The notes: generated from the sequence alone by a model not told the origin. A stretch of 64,000 nucleotides of DNA from an uncultured Pseudomonadota bacterium (GCA_963736005.1 CAVTNB010000001.1:288001-352000), one strand, 5' to 3'. Positions 39,581 through 49,497 are shown, counted from the stretch's first letter. A program made the numbers and translations.

Positions 39581-41143
39581 ATGGCTACGCAGGCTTCGCC
39601 CATCACCGCTCGCAGTTCTGTCGCCCCGGCGAAAGTTGGGGGCGGTGGCGTTTCGCTCATTTTGGTCACCACCACCGTGATGATCGGCATGATCATGGCG
39701 ATCATCGATGCGTCGATTGTCAACGTCGCGCTCGACAAAATGGCTGGCAATTTGGGCGCTTCCATCGATGAAATCGGCTGGGTCGCGACCGGCTACATCC
39801 TCTCAAACGTCATCGTCATGCCGCTCAATGGCTATTTGACCGCGGTTTTGGGGCGCAAGAACTTTTATGCCGCGAGCATTGCGATCTTTACGATTGCGTC
39901 GCTCTTGTGCGGCACGGCGACGAACGTGTGGCTGCTGGTCGCTTATCGAGTGCTCCAAGGACTGGGCGGTGGCGCCTTGATCCCGACTGCCCAGGCGATC
40001 CTGTTTGAGAGTTTCCCGCCTGAGAAACGCGGACAGTCTATGGCGTTTTTCGGTCTGGCTGCCATGGTTGGCCCAGCACTCGGCCCGACCCTGGGTGGCT
40101 ACATAATCCAAAACTATACGTGGCCGCTCATCTTCTTCATTAATATCCCGCTGGGCATCTTGGGCTTCTTCATGACGTTGGCTTTCATCGAAGACCCCTC
40201 ATATATCAAGAAGCCAGAACGCGCCGCCGACTGGATCGGCATTACGGCGATGGTCGTTGGGATCTCTTCACTGCAATACGTGCTCGAGCGCGGTCAGCAC
40301 GATGATTGGTTCAATTCACCGCTCATTGTGACGCTCACGGTTGCCTCGGTAGCGGGAATTGCATATTTTATCTATCGTCAGCTGCACGACGAGCATCCCT
40401 TTGTCGACTTGCGTGTCTTTCGTTTCCCCGCATTCGCCTATGGAAACGTCGTTGGGATTGTCACAGGGTTTGGCTTGTTTGGGTTGACGCTGGTGCTGCC
40501 GCTGTTCTTGCAGATCGTTCTCGGGTTCGATGCATGGCAGACCGGGCTTGCAGTCTTGCCAGGAGCCCTCGCGACGGCGGCGGGCATGCCGATTGCGGGT
40601 ATGCTCGTCAACCGCATTGACCCGCGATTGTCAATCGCGTTCGGGCTGATTGCCTCCGCAGTTGCTGCGTGGTGGCTGGGATCGTTCAGCGCGCAGGCGG
40701 GCTATTGGGATATCTTTTGGCCTCGCGCCCTGCAGGGTTTCGCGCTGGGGTTCATTTTCGTGCCTTTGTCCACAGTCATGCTGGCGCAAGTTCCCAAGGG
40801 GGAGTTGGCGAACGCTACCGGCTTGTCAACATTGATCCGTCAGCTCGGCGGTAGTTTCGGGATCGCGATTTTGACGACGCTGCTCGTCTGGAAGGAAAAA
40901 TACGTCTTTTCCAACCTGACGGCGAGCGTCACCAACGCGCATTACGCCGTGCACAACTTCTTGAATCAATCGAGCGGTGGCCCGCTCAATCCCACGCAAC
41001 AACTCGATTCGATGCTCCAGGGCGATTCAGCGCTGATCGCCTTCAATTTCCTGTTTAGGCTGTCAGCGATTGTCTTTGTCGCCTCGCTGCCGTTCGTATG
41101 GCTGTTGCCAAAAGTGCAGCCAGCTGCCGAGTCACCAGGGTAG
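39581..41143 (+). CDS. DHA2 (EmrB/QacA) MFS efflux transporter
   Basis: IDASIVNVAL, WVATGYIL, RVLQGLGGG, GPALGPTLGG; many TM segments. Confidence 0.92.
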   Translation: MATQASPITARSSVAPAKVGGGGVSLILVTTTVMIGMIMAIIDASIVNVALDKMAGNLGASIDEIGWVATGYILSNVIVMPLNGYLTAVLGRKNFYAASIAIFTIASLLCGTATNVWLLVAYRVLQGLGGGALIPTAQAILFESFPPEKRGQSMAFFGLAAMVGPALGPTLGGYIIQNYTWPLIFFINIPLGILGFFMTLAFIEDPSYIKKPERAADWIGITAMVVGISSLQYVLERGQHDDWFNSPLIVTLTVASVAGIAYFIYRQLHDEHPFVDLRVFRFPAFAYGNVVGIVTGFGLFGLTLVLPLFLQIVLGFDAWQTGLAVLPGALATAAGMPIAGMLVNRIDPRLSIAFGLIASAVAAWWLGSFSAQAGYWDIFWPRALQGFALGFIFVPLSTVMLAQVPKGELANATGLSTLIRQLGGSFGIAILTTLLVWKEKYVFSNLTASVTNAHYAVHNFLNQSSGGPLNPTQQLDSMLQGDSALIAFNFLFRLSAIVFVASLPFVWLLPKVQPAAESPG

Positions 41144-41176
41144 CCGGATCGCTCGCGGCGCGCAAGTTCGAAAATG

Positions 41177-41247
41177 TGCCCCGCCAGAGAATCGGACTCT
41201 GACCTGCCGGTTAAAAGCCGGCTGCTCTACCATTGAGCTAGCGGGGC
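41177..41247 (-). tRNA. tRNA-Lys(TTT), atypical T-loop
   Basis: Cloverleaf, loop CT-TTT-AA; T-loop TCCGATT. Confidence 0.82.
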
Positions 41248-41250
41248 GAG

Positions 41251-41326
41251 CGCGCCTGAAGGGACTCGAACCCCCAAAACCTTCGCGTTCGAAGCGCGAC
41301 GCTCTATCCAGTTGAGCTACAGGCGC
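41251..41326 (-). tRNA. tRNA-Arg(TCG)
   Basis: GCGCCTG acceptor stem, loop CT-TCG-AA, GTTCGA. Confidence 0.88.
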
Positions 41327-41334
41327 ACATCTAT

Positions 41335-41412
41335 TGGGGTGAATGACGGGAGTTGAACCCGCGACCTTCGGTGCCACAGACCGACGCTCTAACCAGCTGA
41401 GCTACATTCACC
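41335..41412 (-). tRNA. tRNA-His(GTG)
   Basis: Loop CT-GTG-GC, G-1, encoded CCA. Confidence 0.92.
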
Positions 41413-41496
41413 ACGCGACTTCCAGTTCTCCGAAAAATTTCGTCGACCTTGAGAGCAAGACCGTCGCCACGATTAGCAAAATCTGGGGAATGTTCG

Positions 41497-41570
41497 CGCG
41501 CCCGGCGAGACTCGAACTCGCGACATCCCGCTTAGAAGGCGGGTGCTCTATCCAGCTGAGCTACGGGCGC
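41497..41570 (-). tRNA. tRNA-Arg(TCT)
   Basis: Loop CT-TCT-AA, GTTCGA. Confidence 0.92.
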
Positions 41571-41609
41571 ACACCTTCAATGTTCGACCATTATGAGGTA
41601 AAGATAATA

Positions 41610-41684
41610 TCGGGCGGACAGGACTTGAACCTGCGATCCTCTCGGTCCCAAACCGAGCGCTCTACCAAGCTGAGCTACCGCCCG
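41610..41684 (-). tRNA. tRNA-Pro(TGG)
   Basis: CGGGCGG acceptor stem, loop TT-TGG-GA, GTTCAA. Confidence 0.92.
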
Positions 41685-42171
41685 TTGAACGCTTGCGCGA
41701 CCAAAACTGCGCCGCAGTCTTGCGTCTGTGACAGTTCGCGCAACGCACCTCACATTTCGCCACTTCCTCCAAGATTCTTTTCCAGCTAAATGCCCGGCCA
41801 ATGAGTGTAGAAACGTTATCCTGCTTCGTTCCCCTTACATGGTCGAATTCGAGAACGATTGGGTCTGCTTCGCCGCAATCGACGCAAGCCCGTTCAATCA
41901 AGAATTCGTCCATCAGTTTCCGATTTCTAACCTTGTACCGGCGCTGATTAGCTTGTCGCCTCTGATTGTGTTTCTTTGCGTTTCGCTTGTAGTGCTCTTG
42001 GTTATATAATCGTTGGCATGGCCTGCAATACGCGTTTGGCCTCGGGCATGACAGACTTCGACTTGGAAATTCGAATGCAGCCTTGACGGCGCCGCAAAGC
42101 GGGCACTTCTTCGTGAGCGGAGAATTCAGTGGAAAGAGACCGATTTGGTAAGATACTACTGCATCGTTCAT
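41662..42171 (-). CDS. HNH endonuclease with zinc fingers
   Basis: CPLC..CRPC, CVDCGE..VLEFDHV..CEVRCANCHRRKT; start uncertain (42171 or 42189). Confidence 0.8.
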   Translation of the reverse strand: MNDAVVSYQIGLFPLNSPLTKKCPLCGAVKAAFEFPSRSLSCPRPNAYCRPCQRLYNQEHYKRNAKKHNQRRQANQRRYKVRNRKLMDEFLIERACVDCGEADPIVLEFDHVRGTKQDNVSTLIGRAFSWKRILEEVAKCEVRCANCHRRKTAAQFWSRKRSTGGSSAW

Positions 42172-42261
42172 GGACAACCTATCACGCACGCTTGTTTGCT
42201 TGTCTAGTCAGAACAATGTCGTGAAACAAAAGAATTTTTTATTCGCTTTGAAGAGGCTCTC

Positions 42262-42705
42262 ATGGACAAAGCACGACTGTTAGCGTTCTTGCGTACTCAA
42301 ACGTTCGCCGTGCAGAGCTCCGTCTCGGCGGATGGCGGACCACAGTCCGCAGTGGTAGGCTTCGTGGTCAGCGATGAGTTCGAAGTCTTCTTCGATACGG
42401 TCGACACTTCGCGAAAGGTAAAAAATCTTCGCGGCAATCGGAAGATCGGCTTCGTCATCGGTGGGCTGACATCGGGGGACGAGCGAACGGTCCAATACGA
42501 GGGCGTCGCCGACGAGCCAAGCGGGTCCGAACTCGAGCGGCTCAAGCAACTATACTTCGCTCGATTTCCGGATGGGCCGAAGCGCCAAACATGGCCGGGC
42601 CTCATGTACGTGCGTGCCCGTCCAACTTGGATTCGATTCAGTGACTACAACCAAGATCCGCCCTTGATTGTGGAATATAGCGCTTCGCCGCTCGAGCGGA
42701 CCTAA
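42262..42705 (+). CDS. Pyridoxamine 5'-phosphate oxidase family (FMN-binding split barrel) protein
   Basis: SVSADGGPQSAVV, TSRKVKNLRGN, VQYEGVA. Confidence 0.8.
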   Translation: MDKARLLAFLRTQTFAVQSSVSADGGPQSAVVGFVVSDEFEVFFDTVDTSRKVKNLRGNRKIGFVIGGLTSGDERTVQYEGVADEPSGSELERLKQLYFARFPDGPKRQTWPGLMYVRARPTWIRFSDYNQDPPLIVEYSASPLERT

Positions 42706-42720
42706 AGGTCCGCTGCTACA
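42694..42720 (-). repeat. REP-like palindrome copy
   Basis: GAGCGGACCTAAAGGTCCGCTGCTACA, reverse complement of the 21039 family. Confidence 0.75.
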
Positions 42721-42810
42721 TTTACTCGAGCGCGATAGCAAAACTGACCTTCACGTCGTCCTTAATCCTCTTGGATGAAATCTCGGAGAAATTGACCGCG
42801 CCGCGACTAT

Positions 42811-43446
42811 TCAGGATGCAATCAGAGGCCCTATTATGCGTTGTAGCGCGCGCACCGCGCGACCGCGATGAGAAACCTCGTGCTTGAGTGCACTTTGCAC
42901 TTGACCGAAGGTCGCGTTGTACGGCGGATACCAAAAGATGGGGTCGTAACCGAAACCATTTTCGCCGAGTGATTGGTCCGCAATGCGGCCTTCAACTTCG
43001 CCACGCGCGACGATCGGCTCGAAGCCTGGCACGACCAATGCGCAGACCGAAACAAACCGCGCATTCCGGTTCTTGCCCTCAACTGCCCGTAAAACGTTTG
43101 CGTTGCGTTCCGGGGAGCTTGCACCCACATAAGGCGTGCGCGCCGAGCGTACACCGGGTCCCCAGCCCATCGCCTCCACTTCGATTCCTGAATCATCCGC
43201 GAGAGCCGGGGCGCAAAGAATTTCGCTCAGCGCGGCAGCTTTCAGAACCGCGTTCTCTTCGTACGTCTCGCCATCTTCTGCAACGTCGGGATACTGATCG
43301 CCAGCCATGACGACCCGTGGCAAGAACGAACCCCAGAGCGTCGCGATCTCCCGAAACTTATCGAGATTCTTGGTCGCAACAGTAATGACCGCGCCTGGAT
43401 CCAAGCGTGCCTCGCGCCAGTCGCGAAAACGTGCAGGTAACCCCAT
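42811..43446 (-). CDS. rdgB: Non-canonical purine NTP pyrophosphatase (Ham1)
   Basis: ATKNLDK, ENAVLKA, ADDSG, GFGYDPIF, SHRGRA. Confidence 0.93.
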   Translation of the reverse strand: MGLPARFRDWREARLDPGAVITVATKNLDKFREIATLWGSFLPRVVMAGDQYPDVAEDGETYEENAVLKAAALSEILCAPALADDSGIEVEAMGWGPGVRSARTPYVGASSPERNANVLRAVEGKNRNARFVSVCALVVPGFEPIVARGEVEGRIADQSLGENGFGYDPIFWYPPYNATFGQVQSALKHEVSHRGRAVRALQRIIGPLIAS

Positions 43447-43448
43447 CC

Positions 43449-45272
43449 CTAGTCGCGCTGCAGCTTGAGCACCGCCATGAACGCCTCTTGAGGCAGCTCG
43501 ACATTACCGACCTGCTTCATGCGCTTTTTGCCTTCTTTTTGCTTCTCGAGCAGCTTACGCTTCCGCGTGATGTCGCCGCCGTAGCACTTCGCGAGCACAT
43601 TCTTGCGCATGGCCTTCACCGTCTCTCGCGCGATAATCTTATTGCCGATCGCCGCCTGAATGGGCACGTCAAAGAGCTGTCGAGGAATGACCTCGCGCAG
43701 TCGCTCTGCAAGCTTGCGACCCCAATGCGCCGCTTTGTCACGATGAATAATGAAGGACAAAGCGTCCACCGGTTCGCCATTGAGCAAAATCTCCAGCTTC
43801 ACGAGGTCGCCTGGGCGAAATCCAATGACCTCATAGTCCATGCTCGCGTACCCTTTTGTCCGCGACTTTAATTGGTCGAAGAAATCGATGATGACCTCAG
43901 CCAGCGGTATCTCGTAGCTGAAAATGACTCGCATGGGGGAAATGTAGTCCATCGAAATCATGGCACCCCGGTGCGCCTGGCACAGCTCCATGATCGCCCC
44001 GATATACTCGGCGGGCGAAATGATCGAGCAGCGCACATAGGGCTCCTCGATGACGGCGATCGCCGGTGGAGGCGGCAGTTCGGCCGGATTGTCGATGATC
44101 AAGGACTCGCCGACCGTGGTGCTGACGTGATACACGACCGACGGCGAGGTCGCGATCAAACCTACCGCATATTCTCGCTCCAATCGCTCCTGTACGATCT
44201 CCATGTGGAGCAATCCCAAGAACCCGCAGCGGAATCCAAACCCAAGCGCAATCGAGGACTCAGGCTCGTACGAGAGTGATGCATCATTGAGCTTCAGCTT
44301 CTCGAGCGCGTCACGTAAGTCACTATACTCGGAGCCTTCGTTGGCATATAAGCCGCAATACACCATCGGGGTCACTTTCCGGTAGCCTGGCAGCGGCAGG
44401 TGTGCCGGCTTGTCCGCACCAGTTAGCGTGTCGCCAACCGTGATTTCCGACAGTGACTTGATGTTCGCGATGACGTACCCCACGTCGCCGATGTCCAAAT
44501 TCTGCGCCGCCCGCATGTCGGGCCGAAACGTTCCCACCTCGAGCACCTCAAACACGCGGTCTCCAGCCATGGATCGGATCCGCGTGCCCGAGCGCAGAGC
44601 TCCGTCGAAGACGCGCACGTAGCAGATGACTCCACGGTATGCATCGTATTGCGAGTCGAACACGAGGGCACGCAGATGCTCGCTGCCACCTCTCGGCGCG
44701 GGGATTCGCGTCACAATCGCTTCGAGGATCTCTTCGATGCCGATGCCTTCTTTTGCCGACGCTTTGATGCTCTTTTCCGCCTCGATGAGCAGCGTGTCCT
44801 CAACGTCGCGGGCAACGCCCGCCGGATCCGCAGATGGCAAATCGATTTTATTGATCACTGGGATTATCTCGAGCTTGGCTTCACTTGCGAGATAAAAGTT
44901 CGCGAGGGTCTGCGCCTCGATGCCCTGCGACGCGTCGATGACAAGCAGCGCCCCCTCGCACGCCGAGAGCGAGCGAGACACCTCGTAAGAGAAATCGACG
45001 TGACCTGGCGTGTCGATGAGGTTGAGCTCGTACAGCTCGCCATCGCGGGCGCGATACTCAATGGTGACCGGATGGGCTTTGATGGTAATGCCGCGCTCGC
45101 GCTCGAGGTCCATCGAGTCGAGGACCTGCTCTTGCATCTGGCGGGCGGCCAGCGTGCCGGTTAACTCCAAGAGCCGGTCGGACAGCGTCGTCTTGCCATG
45201 ATCGATGTGGGCGATAATGCAGAAGTTGCGAACGTGGGCATTGATGCGCTCTGTGGGCGCACGATGAGTCAT
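43449..45272 (-). CDS. lepA: Elongation factor 4
   Basis: [41 protein letters not shown]. Confidence 0.98.
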   Translation of the reverse strand: MTHRAPTERINAHVRNFCIIAHIDHGKTTLSDRLLELTGTLAARQMQEQVLDSMDLERERGITIKAHPVTIEYRARDGELYELNLIDTPGHVDFSYEVSRSLSACEGALLVIDASQGIEAQTLANFYLASEAKLEIIPVINKIDLPSADPAGVARDVEDTLLIEAEKSIKASAKEGIGIEEILEAIVTRIPAPRGGSEHLRALVFDSQYDAYRGVICYVRVFDGALRSGTRIRSMAGDRVFEVLEVGTFRPDMRAAQNLDIGDVGYVIANIKSLSEITVGDTLTGADKPAHLPLPGYRKVTPMVYCGLYANEGSEYSDLRDALEKLKLNDASLSYEPESSIALGFGFRCGFLGLLHMEIVQERLEREYAVGLIATSPSVVYHVSTTVGESLIIDNPAELPPPPAIAVIEEPYVRCSIISPAEYIGAIMELCQAHRGAMISMDYISPMRVIFSYEIPLAEVIIDFFDQLKSRTKGYASMDYEVIGFRPGDLVKLEILLNGEPVDALSFIIHRDKAAHWGRKLAERLREVIPRQLFDVPIQAAIGNKIIARETVKAMRKNVLAKCYGGDITRKRKLLEKQKEGKKRMKQVGNVELPQEAFMAVLKLQRD

Positions 45273-45288
45273 GCGCTATGATACGCGA

Positions 45289-45314
45289 AGCGGACCTAAA
45301 GGTCCGCTGCTACA
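45289..45314 (-). repeat. REP-like palindrome copy
   Basis: AGCGGACCTAAAGGTCCGCTGCTACA. Confidence 0.75.
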
Positions 45315-45335
45315 AGCTTGAGCGAGGGCGCGCGC

Positions 45336-46442
45336 TTACGTCGAGGACGTGGCGACAACTTTGACGGCGCCACTGAGATATGGCGTCGGGTCGATGGGTT
45401 TGCCCCACAGGTTGATTTGGTAGTGGCAATGCGGGCCCGTGGCGAAACCGGTCGCCCCGACGGTCGCAATCTCCTCGCCTTTCCTCACAACTTGTCCGAC
45501 GCTCACGAGAAGTTGCGAGTCGTGCGCATACCAGGTTTGCAAGCCATTGCCATGATCGATGACGACGCGATACCCGTAGCCGTAATACCAGCCCGCTTCG
45601 ACAACGACACCGGCCGCAGTTGCATAGATAGGTGCGCCATAGTCGTTGACGATGTCAAGCCCGGCATGGAATTCGCTGTCGGGATACACGCGATATCCGA
45701 AGCCGGAAGAAATGTAACCCAATGTCGGCCAGATGGATGGGATGGCGGCAAGATAGCGCACCTGAGCTTGCTCGGCTGCGATCTTGCGCTCTGCGGCCTC
45801 CCGGATGCGTGCCTCGAGCATCGTTGTCTGCGTTCCGGTTTGGTTGACCTCATCGGAAAGCGAGGTCAACTCGGCTGCCTCAGCGGCAAAACCGAGGTTA
45901 CCGCTCACCGGCAAGTCTCGGAACCACAGAGCAATCTTACCCCAGAACGTCGGTCTTGCGAAACCATACTGTGCGTGCGTGCCGGCAACCGGCTTGCGCT
46001 CGCTTTGACGCGCAAGCGCTTTCGGAACGATGACCTTGGTGAGGCGATGAATCTCCTCGTTGTCGCGCTGTAGTTTGCCGACTTTCTGCCACAGAATATG
46101 CGTCTGCTTCGAGAACGCAGCAAGTTCTTGGCGCTGTTGGGCGTCAACCTTGGCAAGAGTGCGAGCCCGGGCTTCAGCGGCGCGAACATCGGCGACGTGC
46201 ACGCTGAAAAGCGTGGCGAGCAAAAGGACTATCGTGATGCCTGTCAATGCGAGATGACGGTGTGAAAGCTCGAGCTTGTATACCGCATCGCCGTTGTGGG
46301 GAACAATCTTCACGAGGACGCGTTTGTTCGGGCAGAATGCCCAACGCGTAAATCTTGCAAGCCGAGCGCGCAGTGATGCGCTCTCCTTAGAATCCGCGCT
46401 AGCTGGTTCGAGCAAGCTCGATCGCTCGGCGTTCTTCGTCAC
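45336..46442 (-). CDS. M23 family peptidase with coiled coil
   Basis: HAGLDI, YAH, TGPHCHY; N-terminal TM; start uncertain. Confidence 0.88.
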   Translation of the reverse strand: MTKNAERSSLLEPASADSKESASLRARLARFTRWAFCPNKRVLVKIVPHNGDAVYKLELSHRHLALTGITIVLLLATLFSVHVADVRAAEARARTLAKVDAQQRQELAAFSKQTHILWQKVGKLQRDNEEIHRLTKVIVPKALARQSERKPVAGTHAQYGFARPTFWGKIALWFRDLPVSGNLGFAAEAAELTSLSDEVNQTGTQTTMLEARIREAAERKIAAEQAQVRYLAAIPSIWPTLGYISSGFGYRVYPDSEFHAGLDIVNDYGAPIYATAAGVVVEAGWYYGYGYRVVIDHGNGLQTWYAHDSQLLVSVGQVVRKGEEIATVGATGFATGPHCHYQINLWGKPIDPTPYLSGAVKVVATSST

Positions 46443-46866
46443 TCAGTTCCTTGTCCGCTGTGAAGTCGCGCACCGCTTTTGCATACGTCCTCACTTCTTC
46501 ACGCGAATAGATGCTCGAAACGAGAAATCCGTTGCCCTGCCGGTCAACCACGGCCAGAGCATACGAAAGCTCCGACCCGACATCGGGAAATGCGTTAAAC
46601 CGCACGAACCCGACCCTTTGCAAGCTGCGCGCCGCGTTTGCTTCCAACGCGTCCACCCGACCGCGCAGCGCGGCGATGTCCGCTGGACTACCCGCCGCCT
46701 TTATCTGTAGTTGGTTCGAAGTGCGCGCTCTTGCAAATGTACGGCGCGCGATAGCCCAGTGATAGACGAGCGCCACAGCGATCGCGGCAACGAATGACAT
46801 CGCAAAGATCGGGGATGTCAGCGCATTGCCTAAATTCGTCAAGAACGATACGAGAGCGTCGTTCAT
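46399..46866 (-). CDS. DUF4446-like membrane protein
   Basis: VGFVRFNAFPDVGSELSYALA, RTYAKAV, LSDEE. Confidence 0.75.
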   Translation of the reverse strand: MNDALVSFLTNLGNALTSPIFAMSFVAAIAVALVYHWAIARRTFARARTSNQLQIKAAGSPADIAALRGRVDALEANAARSLQRVGFVRFNAFPDVGSELSYALAVVDRQGNGFLVSSIYSREEVRTYAKAVRDFTADKELSDEERRAIELARTS

Positions 46867-46924
46867 GACGCTAGCCCCGCTGATTCGAACTGCGACATTC
46901 CGCTCCTTCCTGAGCTGGGTCACA

Positions 46925-47150
46925 CCAAGGGAGGCTCAGGCTAGAGAGATCCGCGGCACCCGAAAGGTTCCGCATGCCGCTGCTACCTTCCGGTCCTGAC
47001 GGGGTTAACGGACTCTCGTCGCGCGGGTCCCTAGCCTTCAACGCCTCCCACGCGCGGTTCGACTGTATGTTCGACCGCAGTGCGGGTTTTCAAGTCTGAG
47101 TATGGCCGCAACCTTCAGTTGGATGCGCTACCTTGCGAGTTGTGGCGGCG
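46925..47150 (-). ncRNA. ffs: Signal recognition particle RNA, probably the large form (ends approximate)
   Basis: Helix-8 motif GTCAGGACCGGAAGGTAGCA (minus strand of 46981-47000); long stem GGGAGGC/GCCTCCC and GGCTAG/CTAGCC. Confidence 0.88.
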
Positions 47151-47195
47151 TTTGCGTGAACTTGCTCGACAATAAACTTTCGAAATGAGTTTGCA

Positions 47196-47286
47196 TGGCG
47201 GAGAGGGAGGGATTCGAACCCTCGAGGCGGTTTAAGCGCCTACACGCTTTCCAGGCGTGCCTGTTCGACCGCTCCAGCACCTCTCC
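47196..47286 (-). tRNA. tRNA-Ser(GGA)
   Basis: Loop CT-GGA-AA, long variable arm, GCCA end. Confidence 0.94.
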
Positions 47287-47298
47287 AAGTGACCATCC

Positions 47299-47877
47299 TC
47301 ACGATGGGTTGGGCTGATAGTGAAGGTAGACGAGTCCGTTTTTGAACGCTCTTGCTTCAACAAGGTTGAGGTTCGCGGTGGTAACATCTTGGAAGAGATA
47401 CTTGCCAACGCCTAAGATTGCAGGGACGACCACGAGCGAATAGTCATCGATGAGACCCATACGGGCAAGCTGTTGCACAATGGTGCCGCTGCCCAATATC
47501 GTCAGATCTTTGCCCTTCTGCTCTTTGAGCTGTGCGATTGTCGTCCGCTTTACTTCATGAACGAGCGTAATGTTTTTCCAGTGAGGCCCTTCCTCGACAC
47601 TTTGCAGCGCTTTTGAAAAAACGATTTTCGGACTCTTATTCACAACCTCAGCCATATGCGGATCGTTCTTTATCGCCTCCTGGGTTGGCCAGTAACTTTT
47701 CATCATTTCATAAGTCGTATGGCCGAAGATCAGCGCACCATTTGACTGTGTTTGCTGATGGGTGAACGCATCGAACTCAGCGTCTGGTTGTATAGCCTTA
47801 AACCAATCGATTTCGCCGAGTGGCCCAGCAAAGAAGCCATCAACTGACATAAATGTAAAGGTTGTTATTCTTCTCAC
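47299..47877 (-). CDS. Dihydrofolate reductase family (RibD C-terminal) protein
   Basis: MSVDGF, FGHTTYE, KIVFS, ILGSGTI, LIDDY; GTG start at 47877. Confidence 0.88.
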   Translation of the reverse strand: MRRITTFTFMSVDGFFAGPLGEIDWFKAIQPDAEFDAFTHQQTQSNGALIFGHTTYEMMKSYWPTQEAIKNDPHMAEVVNKSPKIVFSKALQSVEEGPHWKNITLVHEVKRTTIAQLKEQKGKDLTILGSGTIVQQLARMGLIDDYSLVVVPAILGVGKYLFQDVTTANLNLVEARAFKNGLVYLHYQPNPS

Positions 47878-47885
47878 GTTTCCTG

Positions 47886-47980
<95 letters not shown>

Positions 47981-48037
47981 ACGGTCAACCGTTGCGCATT
48001 CTTGGCATGCGCTGGTACGCCCTCTGGTGTTGCGTAG

Positions 48038-48517
48038 CTACAATTCTTCCTGGCGACGCTGCCGAAAAAATTCGCGGAGCTGCTGGGTTGCCTCGTCGCT
48101 CAGCAAACCACCTTCGATCCGAACTCGGTGGTTGAGGCGTGAATCGTCTGCGACGTTGAGCACCGAGCCTGCACCGCCGCCTTTCGGATCTGGGCACGCG
48201 AAGACCAGACGCTCGATGCGCGCAGCAACGCATGCCGCCGCGCACATGATGCAGGGTTCCTTGGTGACGTACAAAGTGGCGTTTGGGAGTCGCCAGCCGC
48301 CGCGGTGTGCACAGGCCTGGCGCAGCGCGACGATCTCTGCGTGCGCTGTGGGGTCGTGGTTCGCTTCCTTTTGGTTGAAACCGACCGCTGCAACCTTGTC
48401 GTTAATGACGAGCACTGCCCCAACGGGAACGTCACCGCGCTGTCCTGCAATCTCTGCTAATTCCAACGCCTTACGCATGAACCCGGTGTCAACCGGCGAG
48501 AATATTTGACTTTGCAT
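48038..48517 (-). CDS. tadA: tRNA adenosine(34) deaminase
   Basis: DVPVGAV, DPTAHAE, EPCIMC; start moved to ATG 48517 because the longer ORF overlaps a tRNA. Confidence 0.93.
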   Translation of the reverse strand: MQSQIFSPVDTGFMRKALELAEIAGQRGDVPVGAVLVINDKVAAVGFNQKEANHDPTAHAEIVALRQACAHRGGWRLPNATLYVTKEPCIMCAAACVAARIERLVFACPDPKGGGAGSVLNVADDSRLNHRVRIEGGLLSDEATQQLREFFRQRRQEEL

Positions 48518-48521
48518 TGCA

Positions 48522-48595
48522 CGCGCCCGAGTGGGCTCGAACCACCAACCTTCGGCTTCGGAGGCCGACACTCTATCCAATTGAGCTACGGGCGC
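48522..48595 (-). tRNA. tRNA-Arg(CCG)
   Basis: Loop CT-CCG-AA, GTTCGA. Confidence 0.93.
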
Positions 48596-48715
48596 AGGGC
48601 CGCCAGAGCAACACCCGCTCTTCGCAAGCGGGTCATCGGTATCCCGCCGGGAGAGACAATCACAGAGGGCTGACTGTCAAGAAAACAAACGAAATTCGGC
48701 GTAGGAGGTTATAGC

Positions 48716-49267
48716 ATGAACAATTCTACGAACGCGTCCAATCTCGGCATGATCCCACTTCTCCTGTTCAGCCTGGGCGTTTCAATCTTCTTGCTTTCGG
48801 GAAACGCTTGGGGATATGTGTCAGACGGCGCCTACGCATCTTTTGCATTATTCACCGGCGGTCTGGGTTCGCTGATCGCGGGTTTTTGGGCATACCGGAC
48901 GGGCAACACAGCGGGCAACAGATTCGGATTCGTTGCCGCAAGTGCCCTCGGTACCTTCTTCGCATCCAGCGCCCTCTATCACTGGTTCTTCGCGTCGACC
49001 GCGCCGGATGCGGCAATGAACCGCGCTTGGATTTCGCTCGCTTGGACGGTTGTTTTCGGTTTTCTGGCGCTCGCATCAGTTCGCGTTTCCGAAATTCCAG
49101 GGCCGGGTAAAGTCATGTGGTTTTTGATTTTCGTCTTTTTCCTGTTCCGATGGATTGGCCCAGCATTTCACCTCGATGTCGCGCTCAAGGTTGAAGCTGT
49201 CACCGGTATCATCGTCGCGATCTTTGCGATGATCGGAGGTTTTATCACACTTCGCGATGCGCTTTGA
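48716..49267 (+). CDS. GPR1/FUN34/YaaH (SatP-like) membrane transporter
   Basis: AGGAGG RBS; about 6 TM; GGLGSLIAG..GNT..FG pattern. Confidence 0.65.
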   Translation: MNNSTNASNLGMIPLLLFSLGVSIFLLSGNAWGYVSDGAYASFALFTGGLGSLIAGFWAYRTGNTAGNRFGFVAASALGTFFASSALYHWFFASTAPDAAMNRAWISLAWTVVFGFLALASVRVSEIPGPGKVMWFLIFVFFLFRWIGPAFHLDVALKVEAVTGIIVAIFAMIGGFITLRDAL

Positions 49268-49274
49268 GTGAAAG

Positions 49275-49346
49275 TGCCTCGGGCAAGAATCGAACTTGCG
49301 ACCAAGGGCTTATGAGTCCCCTGCTCTACCGCTGAGCTACCGAGGC
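49275..49346 (-). tRNA. tRNA with CAT anticodon, non-initiator (elongator Met or Ile2)
   Basis: Loop CT-CAT-AA; paired G1-C72, so not fMet. Confidence 0.88.
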
Positions 49347-49412
49347 AAAGTTGTGGCGGCCCGATCCGGTCGAACAAGTTCGACTTCGACAAGGCCGCCA
49401 CTTCCATTCACA

Positions 49413-49487
49413 CGCGCTCGGAGGGACTCGAACCCCCGACCTCCAGATTCGTAGTCTGGCATTCTAATCCAGCTGAACTACGAGCGC
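49413..49487 (-). tRNA. tRNA-Arg(ACG)
   Basis: Loop CT-ACG-AA, GTTCGA. Confidence 0.93.
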
Positions 49488-49497
49488 ATCAACGTCG

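Noticed and set aside
41177..41684. CRISPR-like repeated sequences
   Set aside because: The repeats are conserved tRNA arms; there is no regular repeat-spacer array and no cas gene in the window.
42722..42830. Possible gene remnant (..IKDDVKVSFAIALE) downstream of rdgB
   Set aside because: Too short to assign and has no credible start.
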